Below are positions 55,053 to 63,064 of a DNA stretch of 64,000 nucleotides, one piece after another. Position 1 is the first letter of the stretch. Each line of letters starts with the position of its first letter. The DNA lies in contig JABJFI010000032.1 in assembly GCA_018662825.1 (NCBI GenBank), positions 50-64,049 on the forward strand, read 5' to 3'. The notes beneath the pieces are model-generated. The model did no database searches. It saw nothing but the letters and a program-made list of their open reading frames with translations, and was not told where the DNA came from. Source of the stretch: Methanobacteriota archaeon. Its GTDB lineage: Archaea > Thermoplasmatota > Poseidoniia > Poseidoniales > Poseidoniaceae. The translations under genes were made by a program, and so were the position numbers.

Positions 55053-55692
55053 AACCAGGCAATTGGTCCTCGGTTTCTCTGTAGACGGTTCTCATGTTCG
55101 AGATGAAATTCTTTTCTTTCACCACAATCGTGTATTCTGAAAATCCAGGGTCTTCTTCTCCATCGAGAATACCCAGAATAATTTCTAAGGTTAAACGGGC
55201 CCCTTCTCGATGAGGGTAGGCAAATATTCCCATTGATAATGGCGGTGAAACAATCGATTTTACATCTTTTAAATCATTGAGAGTAGCAAATAAGTTCTCA
55301 TAAGTTTTAGGAAGTAACTCGCGACGTGCCTCATCTTGGTTTGGCCGACGGCAATCAGGGCCAACAACATGGATAATATGTTTGTAATTATTTCCAAGTT
55401 CGAAAGGTTCAGTGACTACATTTTTCGTAACTGCGCATGGAGGGGCGTTAATTTTACGCATTTCAAGGCATATATTTCGGGTTACTTGTGTCAATTCAGC
55501 ACCTGCTTTCCGATGGATGAGGGCATCCAATCCTTCACGACCAGAAAGTCGATTATTTGCAGGGGTGATGAGAACATCACCGGTGTGATTCCATACATCC
55601 CCGCCAACAACGCGAAGAATACCCCATTTGCATGTTCGTGCCATATAAAGTTCGGCCATCAACCATCCATGTGGGGCTACTATACTTATCAA
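55036..55692 (-). CDS. macro domain protein (MacroD-type ADP-ribose binding/hydrolase)
   Basis: VVGGDVWNHTGDVLITPANNRLSGREGLDALIHRKAG, IIHVVGP and SIVSPPLSMGIFAYP match macro-domain signature blocks. Likely real starts are the ATGs at 55659 or 55644. Confidence 0.8.
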   Translation of the reverse strand: MISIVAPHGWLMAELYMARTCKWGILRVVGGDVWNHTGDVLITPANNRLSGREGLDALIHRKAGAELTQVTRNICLEMRKINAPPCAVTKNVVTEPFELGNNYKHIIHVVGPDCRRPNQDEARRELLPKTYENLFATLNDLKDVKSIVSPPLSMGIFAYPHREGARLTLEIILGILDGEEDPGFSEYTIVVKEKNFISNMRTVYRETEDQLPGFDSTS

Positions 55693-55818
55693 GTTCGCTA
55701 ATACGGAATGAAAATGCCGAAAAACGGCGTTTTTTATTCTTTATTTTTCACGGCCGAGAGATTATTTTTCCGACCTAATAGCGACATTGCTAAACCCTAT
55801 CGGTGTTAGCAGAATTAT

Positions 55819-58800
55819 ATGGACAGAAAGGGGTCGAGCCTTGTCTTGACCCTTATGTTCGTTTTGAGTAGCCTTGCGACGCCATTTATTGAAGGCGATA
55901 ATTCTGTGTCATCATCTAATGATTCCATGGAGAAAACAACGCTTAGTGAGGTTTTTACGGGATTCACAAGTGAAGGTGGAGCAGATTTTTGGAACCAAAC
56001 ACCTTGGGCCACACGTGCTCAACCTGCGGGTTTTGATTTTCTTACAGTGTATGATTATTCAGATGTAGGTGTTCTCATCAACAATAATTCGGATGCAAGC
56101 AAAACAATTGGTTGGGCTTTTATCAATGCCCGGAACATTTCGGAGGAAAATATTTTCTTTTTCAACGACTCAGGTGCACCGACAAAGGAAACCATTAATC
56201 GAGATCAATTTAACGAGTATTTCGCCCTTCCTTTTTTAGAAATGCTTGCAAATCGTTCTTCAAGTACAGAACTCAATTATCTTGTTTCAACCAAAGGAAT
56301 CCCTCTTCGTATCAATGGTGGTGCAGATAAAGCGAGTTTTGACCAAGAATTTTCTCTTCTAGGGGGTACATATAATTCCAGCATAGGTTCTAATTATTGG
56401 ATTAATCATGACTATGGCCCTCTTGGAGGAAATGGGATGAAAGCATTTTCACGCGATGACTATGGATTCTTTTTGGTTACTCGCTTGACTGGATATACTG
56501 TAGAAACTGCACTTGGGTTAATTGAAAAGGCCAATAACAGTTTAGGGCAACGTGGTATATTTGCTTTAGATTTGGCAACAAACCGTAATAATTCAGGTTA
56601 CAAATTTTGGAACGAAGACCTCTATACTGCTCAAGCAGAACTCAATGGAAGCAAGGGATTGCCTACTGTTTTTGATGAAACTTCAGAATTTTTGACCAAT
56701 CTTTCCAATGTAATGGGGTACGCATCATGGGGTTCAAACGACGGTAGTTGGAATTCGAATTGGCTTCCCAATTCGGGATTTAATACCATGGATTCAGCGT
56801 ATTCAAGTGGAGCCAAATATTGGGATGCAACAGTACCAAACCTCTCAGCTGGTGACACCTTTAATTGGACAACACAATCGGAAGTGAAGCGAGATGGTAA
56901 TTCTGCCATCAAGGCATCTCTATCTGCCGAATGCAGTCAGGAATCAGGATATGGAACGCAAGGAATACTTGCTGAATATTTCGATAACGAAGGAATAAGT
57001 TTCAACACTGCCTCGATGCCTTCACTTATCGATCGAGTTCCCGACCACGTGCGTCTTGAAAGTTCACTTCAATATCCAGCATCATATCAGGCCTATCCTG
57101 GTTTAGATAACCGATTTCAAAACAATTGGGGTGCACGGTTTAGCGGTCTGATAGAACTACCTGAAACTGGAAATTGGACATTTTATCTCGATTCAGATGA
57201 TGGCTCGGAACTATGGGTAGATGGACAATCCGTCGTGACAAATTATGGTTCACATGGAATGACAGAACGCTCTCAATATGGCCAATATGATGTTGGAAAA
57301 CACGATTTTAAAATTGAATTCTTCCAAGGCGGAGGCCCACATGGTTTACGACTCTCTTGGTCGGGGCCAAATCAAAGCAAGGCATTGGTCCCTGCTTCAG
57401 CCTTTTCATTGGCTGAAAATTATATTCCGTCAATAAATAATTTGATTCATCATTGGGATTTTGAAGAGGGGAGTGGTTCCTTCGCTCAAGATTCCGTGAA
57501 TTCGAGTGCTAACTTTACGCTCAAAAACATGAATTCGACGAATTGGCGTACCTGTACAGATGGCTCATGTCTCTGGTATGATGGTGTAGACGATTCGCTG
57601 GAAGTTGATGTCGATGATTGGGTTGGAAACTTTACTGTAAGTCAATGGGTTTGGGCAAATTCAACAACATTGCCGACCTATGCATCGGTTTTTGCCGTCG
57701 ACCATAATGCAGGCTCTAATAGTTCGTTTCAACATGCAATGTTCAGTGGAGAATGGCGCTTGCATAACAATCAGTCATACACCTTTGGTGCTGTTGAGGC
57801 TCAAGAATGGACACATCTTGTAACCGTTTTTGACAATGGTTCTACACGGCAATACCTCGATGGTGTATTGGTTCGAACTACTGCATTTACTCCCGGTTCT
57901 TTCAATAATTTTGATGTCTACAAACTCGGGGTAAATCGAGGGGAAAGTGTATATTTCGAAGGAATGATTGACAATGTTATGATTTGGGATTCAGCACTAG
58001 AAGATCAAGAAATTACCACATTAAACCGTGATATTTACAAGGATTGTTCAGCCTATTCAGGTAATGGAACGGCTGTGGCATCGATAGAACAAACCTATGA
58101 TTTCCCCGATGAATTAGAGGGACATGCTTGGATTATCTATCTGTACGGGCAACGTATAGGTGATGTATATGGTGATTTCACTATTGAAATCGAAGGTCTT
58201 GACAACAACGGAACAGTACTATCTACCAATCAATCGAGCAGCAAGAATTTTGCATCTTCATGGGAATCTCGGACATTGCGTTTCCGTCCACACAGTGACG
58301 CAACTTCTTTCCGAATACGGGTGCCATTAGATATCGTAGCAACTTCAACCGATGGTTCAATTTACCTTGATACCATGAATCTACGAGCAATCCGCCCACA
58401 CAATTCTTGGATTGACGGCTCCATTGCTGAAACGGCTGTATCTACCGGCGGCCGTTCTTTCAATTGGGATACTGGTTATGGCCAATCTTTGATTGCAGAT
58501 TTACTAGAAGATGGTGTATCTAGCGTCAAGGGCTATGTCTACGAACCATACCTGACCGCAGTGGGTTCTCCTAGTATGTTGATGAGTATGTACGCCAGTG
58601 GCTTCAATATGGCAGAATCACATGCTGCAGCAAATCTTCAAACAAGTTGGATGGGAGTAACCGTTGGTGACCCAAAGATGGCACCTTATGCAGATTTAAA
58701 CCACGATATCAACCTCATTGGCATTCGACAAATGGAAAATGCCTCGTACATGCAGCCAACCCAACTTCAACTTGCGATAGAAAATTTGGGAATGGCTTCT

Positions 58801-61071
58801 TCAAACGGTTCACTTTTGGTGCAAGATATTCAAGGAAACGTCGAGATATTCCGCTCAAATATTTCACTTCCAAGTGGAGATTTGAACGGTTCAAGAATAC
58901 TATACAATTTCAGTATTACACCTGAAAAGACTGGATGGATGGACCTGAGAATTCGTTATTTAAATTCAAGTAATAATTCACCGGAGCGGAATATAGCAAA
59001 TAATATGGCCAATTTGCGAATCTGGGTGAATGCACCTCCGACCGTCGATGAAATATATTGCGATGCTGAAATCTATGCACGTGGTGACAATTTCATCTGT
59101 ACGATTGAAGCTAGCGATGACATGAATGTTTCATCAGTTGAAGTAGAATGGGCAGTGGCACAAAATCTTTCGAACCTTTCAGGCTTAGTTTGGGCACCCC
59201 ATTCGACAGGCAGAGTCGATTCACAACGTTGGCAAGCATCAATTTCTCTCCCTACAACATTGGAACTTGGATTCTTAGTTTTACGAGCAACTGCATATGA
59301 CGAAAGCCAACAAGCAGGATTTTTGCTCGAAACAGATATTGCTTCAATTGTTGATGCTCAAGCCCAATGGTTTGGTCCTCATTTTTCGGGAATTGATTCA
59401 CCCTCATGGTCGGGTGCAAATCAGTTGCCCTACCATCCAATAGGAGGTTTGTTCCGTGGCGAGGTTACAACATTCATGATTTGTGTATTGGATGCTGATT
59501 ATGATATTCTTGAACAACAGCCGATTTTAACGGCTTCTACTGGACAACTTTCGAATATTAGTTATGTTGCTAAAGTTGATTCGAACCATCACTGTTACAC
59601 GGGTTCATACATCCGAGATACGAGCTCTTCACTTGGCGATGTTACTTTCGAAATTCGTAGTATTGATGGAATTTTACTCAATTCCCGAGTCATCTCGACA
59701 GATGACCGTTCTCCAACTGCGGCCATCGAGATAGTTGATGCTGAGGGGCGAGTACTTGACAGTGTTAGGGGGGGAGGAAATGAATATGTTCGTATACTCG
59801 TCACAGACCTTGATGACCCCTCATCTTCGGCAACAGGTGATTTGCATATCGGATGGCCAGGGGCTGATATACGCACCATCCCAGTTGATGTGATGGATAT
59901 CAGTTTGCCAATATTACTTGAATTATCTCAAATTTCAACGGCTTTAGAAAGTGGTGAACTTGAACTTCAACTGGATATGACAGGCCAACACGCTGCTGTG
60001 TTCAGTAAAGATTACCGTTTGCCCTTACTTTTGACTCCACCAATCGTAGTGTCATCACATCTATGCGATGAGCAAGGGCCAATCGATTCCTTACGTTTTG
60101 GAAATACTGGCTATTTACTTGTACATATTCAAAGTGAACGACCAATAAAATCAATGCAAGCCGAATTGAGCCAATTAGGCTGGTCTGTACCGGCTCCTTC
60201 TCTCGGTGAAATTGATCCTTCGGATGCAATGTTAGAAAATTGTTTTTCACTTGCACAACCTCTTGGGATAAATGAACAATTGCATCACTTCCAATTGCGA
60301 TTAGATGGTACCTTTTTCGATGGAGAAGGGCTCACCTTATTCACAGTTCGCGACGAAGAGGGTTTATCAAAATCATTGAACCTCCCTGTTAATTTTTACC
60401 ACGCAACGCCTCAAACAGTACTTGAATCGAATGAGAATATGACCGCAGGAGACACCCTCACGTTCCTTGCTTCAGTCTCTGATGCAGATGGAATTGATGA
60501 TTTGACATGCTCTGCCCTTGTGTCGGAAAATCAGACACAATTAGCCCTCTTACAACTCACGCTTCAACCGATAACAGGCACAACAGCATCCCTAATGTTC
60601 CAATTTCCAACAACCGGGGCATTAAGCAATCTTACTCTTGATGTAGTAGTAACATGCATAGATTCGTGGTCACAATCAAATTCCTCTCAACTTCAGTTCA
60701 CTTTACTTCCTGAACCAATATGTGAATCATGTAATCAAATTGATGTTCTTGATGAAACTGAACAAGTTACTTATTCAACTCGAACAGTACTCATTATAGC
60801 GGCACTTCTTTTTGTTGCACTTCTTGGAATAATCTTGTTTTTGAAAAAACCGAAAGAAATGAAAACTCCACTGTGGGCATCCGATGAGAAGACATTCGAA
60901 GACATCACCTCTGACGATTCAATGATTTCTACTAGTCAATTGGAAATACCTGAGGGGTGGACTCCTCAACAATACCGGCTTTGGCTTGAAGGAGAAATGC
61001 CGGAGGGATGGACTCTTGTACAATGGGTATTATTCAGTGATGAACAGTTGGAATTGCTCGGAGAGTTGTAA
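55819..61071 (+). CDS. giant secreted, C-terminally TM-anchored surface protein (1,750 aa) with PA14 and LamG/concanavalin-like domains
   Basis: Signal peptide. PA14 (about nt 56959-57408): GILAEYFDN...WGARFSGLIELPETGNWTFYLDSDDGSELWVDGQSVV...FKIEFFQGGGPHGLRLSW. LamG-like (about nt 57439-58023): HHWDFEEGSG...WYDGVDDSLEV...FTVSQWVW...WTHLVTVFDNGSTRQYLDGVLV...FEGMIDNVMIWDSAL. TM TVLIIAALLFVALLGIILFL. Cytoplasmic tail carries PEGWT twice. Confidence 0.85.
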   Translation: MDRKGSSLVLTLMFVLSSLATPFIEGDNSVSSSNDSMEKTTLSEVFTGFTSEGGADFWNQTPWATRAQPAGFDFLTVYDYSDVGVLINNNSDASKTIGWAFINARNISEENIFFFNDSGAPTKETINRDQFNEYFALPFLEMLANRSSSTELNYLVSTKGIPLRINGGADKASFDQEFSLLGGTYNSSIGSNYWINHDYGPLGGNGMKAFSRDDYGFFLVTRLTGYTVETALGLIEKANNSLGQRGIFALDLATNRNNSGYKFWNEDLYTAQAELNGSKGLPTVFDETSEFLTNLSNVMGYASWGSNDGSWNSNWLPNSGFNTMDSAYSSGAKYWDATVPNLSAGDTFNWTTQSEVKRDGNSAIKASLSAECSQESGYGTQGILAEYFDNEGISFNTASMPSLIDRVPDHVRLESSLQYPASYQAYPGLDNRFQNNWGARFSGLIELPETGNWTFYLDSDDGSELWVDGQSVVTNYGSHGMTERSQYGQYDVGKHDFKIEFFQGGGPHGLRLSWSGPNQSKALVPASAFSLAENYIPSINNLIHHWDFEEGSGSFAQDSVNSSANFTLKNMNSTNWRTCTDGSCLWYDGVDDSLEVDVDDWVGNFTVSQWVWANSTTLPTYASVFAVDHNAGSNSSFQHAMFSGEWRLHNNQSYTFGAVEAQEWTHLVTVFDNGSTRQYLDGVLVRTTAFTPGSFNNFDVYKLGVNRGESVYFEGMIDNVMIWDSALEDQEITTLNRDIYKDCSAYSGNGTAVASIEQTYDFPDELEGHAWIIYLYGQRIGDVYGDFTIEIEGLDNNGTVLSTNQSSSKNFASSWESRTLRFRPHSDATSFRIRVPLDIVATSTDGSIYLDTMNLRAIRPHNSWIDGSIAETAVSTGGRSFNWDTGYGQSLIADLLEDGVSSVKGYVYEPYLTAVGSPSMLMSMYASGFNMAESHAAANLQTSWMGVTVGDPKMAPYADLNHDINLIGIRQMENASYMQPTQLQLAIENLGMASSNGSLLVQDIQGNVEIFRSNISLPSGDLNGSRILYNFSITPEKTGWMDLRIRYLNSSNNSPERNIANNMANLRIWVNAPPTVDEIYCDAEIYARGDNFICTIEASDDMNVSSVEVEWAVAQNLSNLSGLVWAPHSTGRVDSQRWQASISLPTTLELGFLVLRATAYDESQQAGFLLETDIASIVDAQAQWFGPHFSGIDSPSWSGANQLPYHPIGGLFRGEVTTFMICVLDADYDILEQQPILTASTGQLSNISYVAKVDSNHHCYTGSYIRDTSSSLGDVTFEIRSIDGILLNSRVISTDDRSPTAAIEIVDAEGRVLDSVRGGGNEYVRILVTDLDDPSSSATGDLHIGWPGADIRTIPVDVMDISLPILLELSQISTALESGELELQLDMTGQHAAVFSKDYRLPLLLTPPIVVSSHLCDEQGPIDSLRFGNTGYLLVHIQSERPIKSMQAELSQLGWSVPAPSLGEIDPSDAMLENCFSLAQPLGINEQLHHFQLRLDGTFFDGEGLTLFTVRDEEGLSKSLNLPVNFYHATPQTVLESNENMTAGDTLTFLASVSDADGIDDLTCSALVSENQTQLALLQLTLQPITGTTASLMFQFPTTGALSNLTLDVVVTCIDSWSQSNSSQLQFTLLPEPICESCNQIDVLDETEQVTYSTRTVLIIAALLFVALLGIILFLKKPKEMKTPLWASDEKTFEDITSDDSMISTSQLEIPEGWTPQQYRLWLEGEMPEGWTLVQWVLFSDEQLELLGEL

Positions 61072-61090
61072 ATTCAAAAGAGAAGGGTTG

Positions 61091-61357
61091 ATGTGCTTTG
61101 AGCACTTGGTTCATTTGATTGCTATGGCAGTGGGATATGTTTTGATTAATGTTGCACCTGGAAAAGAATACGAAGTATACCTTGCAGTGAAAGACATGCC
61201 CTATGTTGATGATGCAACTCTTCTATTTGGAGATCATGACTTGATTGTCAAGTTGTCAGCAGACAGTCTTGCAATCATCGCTCAATCTGTTGTAGAATCA
61301 ATTCGTCAAATCCCTGGAATTGTAGATACTAAAACACTTGCAGGCGCTGAATTATAA
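61091..61357 (+). CDS. stand-alone RAM (Lrp/AsnC ligand-binding) domain protein
   Basis: AVGYVLINVAPGKEYEVYLAVKDMPYVDDATLLFGDHDLIVKLSADSLAIIAQSVVESIRQIPGIVDTKTL fits the AsnC_trans_reg beta-alpha-beta-beta-alpha-beta pattern with no HTH domain. Start ATG at 61091 or 61124. Confidence 0.65.
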   Translation: MCFEHLVHLIAMAVGYVLINVAPGKEYEVYLAVKDMPYVDDATLLFGDHDLIVKLSADSLAIIAQSVVESIRQIPGIVDTKTLAGAEL

Positions 61358-61370
61358 AACGAAAATATGT

Positions 61371-61389
61371 AGTCCAAAATCGGACTTTT
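61371..61389 (+). terminator. short hairpin AGTCC-N6-GGACT followed by a T-run
   Basis: Lies 14 nt after the RAM-domain gene stop. T-rich tracts are the usual archaeal termination signal. Confidence 0.35.
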
Positions 61390-61399
61390 CTAAATGATA

Positions 61400-61450
61400 G
61401 ACTGCGGGGATAAGCGTGAAAAAACCACCTTGGAATGAGGGACTGCGGGG
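61400..61450 (+). repeat. direct repeat GACTGCGGGG x2 (41-bp spacing) upstream of the MC1 gene
   Basis: Exact 10-mers at 61400-61409 and 61441-61450. The second copy is part of an inverted repeat ACTGCG-N12-CGCAGT (61442-61465). A TATA-like TTTAAAT lies at 61472-61478. Confidence 0.6.
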
Positions 61451-61531
61451 CTTGTAGGGCGCAGTAAAGCGTTTAAATGGCAAAAATACTATATACTCTA
61501 CTAAAGTGTCAATAACCGGAGGAAATCCAAA

Positions 61532-61795
61532 ATGTCTGATAAAAAATACTTTGTTCTCATGGAGAACGGAAAAGATACGAGCCAGGTTTTTGCAAGCAAA
61601 CAACCCCGTGGCGCAGCTCTCAAGGCTGCAACCCGCGGACATACGAACATACGCCTACGTGAGCGTGGCACCAAGCGTGTCCACGTCTTCACAGGCAACA
61701 TTAGCATGGTAGATAAGCCAGCTAATGGACCAGCTTGGCTTCCTGACAAGATCAAGAAGGCCAATGTCAAGAAGTCTGGAATCGAACACCTTTGA
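61532..61795 (+). CDS. archaeal chromatin protein MC1
   Basis: YFVLMENGKDTSQVFASKQPRGAALKAATRGHTNIRLRERGTKRVHVFTGN...VDKPANGPAWLPDKIKKANVKK is near-collinear with Methanosarcina MC1 (FTGKQPRQAALKAANRG...IRLRERGTKKVHVF...RPAWMP). GGAGG lies 9 nt before the ATG. Confidence 0.9.
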   Translation: MSDKKYFVLMENGKDTSQVFASKQPRGAALKAATRGHTNIRLRERGTKRVHVFTGNISMVDKPANGPAWLPDKIKKANVKKSGIEHL

Positions 61796-61897
61796 TTCCA
61801 CAACAACTTGGTTGTCTGTTTTTCAAATTTAAAGTTTAAATTTGTTCCCGCAAGGGTCGCCGCTTCATTTCCCTCTTCGGAGGGATTTGAAGCCATT

Positions 61898-62296
61898 TCA
61901 TTCTTTCTTCAACGGCCATTCTGCAATCCATAGCGATAGCCAAATCATTGCAAGTTGCGCTATAGCTCGGAAAACATGTCCCATTGTGGTAAAGTTTGTT
62001 CCACCAACTGAAATATCATTGACCCACATGTTCAAGTTCGCCCAATAGACCAAGATGAGAAAAACGCCTGTCGAAAAACCGGCTCTTCTTCGTGAGACAG
62101 GAGATATCATTCCAATTCCTAGAATAATTTCGACTAGTCCGCTAATGTAAACCCAGAATTCGGGAAAACCGAGCAGTTCTGGAACAATCGGTGTGAAAAA
62201 AGCAGTATTAGTGAAGTGTTGAATTCCAATCCAAACGAATACTGCCCCAAATGCGAGAGCAGAGAGTGGCCGTACTTTTTCAACAGAGGGAGGCAA
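61898..62296 (-). CDS. small 4-TM membrane protein, DoxX-like
   Basis: Four hydrophobic helices. HFTNTAFFTPIVPELLGFPEFWVYISGLVEIILGIGMI resembles DoxX-like proteins. Tentative. Confidence 0.4.
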   Translation of the reverse strand: MPPSVEKVRPLSALAFGAVFVWIGIQHFTNTAFFTPIVPELLGFPEFWVYISGLVEIILGIGMISPVSRRRAGFSTGVFLILVYWANLNMWVNDISVGGTNFTTMGHVFRAIAQLAMIWLSLWIAEWPLKKE

Positions 62297-62306
62297 TATA
62301 TCGCCC

Positions 62307-63062
62307 TCAGTAGCGGACTTTTTGCCGAGTAAGGGTTCGCCAAATACGCTTTATTGGGTCATAATAACGGTCAACAACTCTTTCCTTTAGAGGAATAATT
62401 GCATTATCGGTAATGTTGATTCCAGCAGGACACACATCAGTACAACATTTGGTGATGTTACAATAACCAATTCCAAATTCATCTTTGACTTCTGGAATTC
62501 GGTCTTCTTCATCCATTGGGTGCATTTCAAAGTTAGCAAGACGAACCAATGTTCTTGGTCCACCGAAAACATCGAACTTTTGGTATTCTCTGAGTACGTG
62601 ACAAGTATCTTGGCAGATAAAACATTCAATACACATTCTAAATTCTTGAGCGCGTTTTGCTTCAAACTGACTGAATTCCCAATCAGGCTCCTCAGGACCC
62701 TTAATCGGTACAACAGCCTTTGCCATCTCATAGTTCCAAGAAACATCACTGACAAGATCCTTAACATGTGGGAAAGTTTTCAACGGACGAACAGTAATAA
62801 TCTCACCCTCAGGCGTTTCTTCAATGATATCACTCATTCTAGTCATACACATCAAACTTGGGTTTCCGTTGATTTCAGCACTACATGAACCACACTTACC
62901 AGCTTTACAATTCCAGCGGCATGAAAGGTCAGGCTCTTTCTCATGTTGAATACGGTGAATACAGTCAAGAAGCACCATGCCCTCATCTAACTCAACATCA
63001 TATTCGACTAATTCTCCTTCGCCTTCTTCTCCCCTGAAAACTTTAATTTTAATGTCAGTCAT
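62307..63062 (-). CDS. sdhB: succinate dehydrogenase/fumarate reductase iron-sulfur subunit
   Basis: 2Fe-2S CRWNCKAGKCGSCSAEINGNPSLMC. 4Fe-4S CIECFICQDTC. 3Fe-4S CNITKCCTDVCP. Confidence 0.92.
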   Translation of the reverse strand: MTDIKIKVFRGEEGEGELVEYDVELDEGMVLLDCIHRIQHEKEPDLSCRWNCKAGKCGSCSAEINGNPSLMCMTRMSDIIEETPEGEIITVRPLKTFPHVKDLVSDVSWNYEMAKAVVPIKGPEEPDWEFSQFEAKRAQEFRMCIECFICQDTCHVLREYQKFDVFGGPRTLVRLANFEMHPMDEEDRIPEVKDEFGIGYCNITKCCTDVCPAGINITDNAIIPLKERVVDRYYDPIKRIWRTLTRQKVRY

Positions 63063-63064
63063 AT

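Noticed and set aside
55714-55735. Hairpin (ATGCCG-AAAAA-CGGCGT) followed by TTTTTT, resembling an intrinsic terminator
   Set aside because: It lies in a divergent promoter region with no upstream plus-strand gene to terminate, and the stem is short (4 GC pairs plus wobble). It might belong to an unannotated small RNA, but there is no further evidence.
61352-61896. Two minus-strand ORFs (96 and 131 aa) overlapping the MC1 gene
   Set aside because: The plus-strand frame encodes a near-canonical MC1 with a Shine-Dalgarno sequence and a TATA-like box. The minus ORFs have no supporting features.
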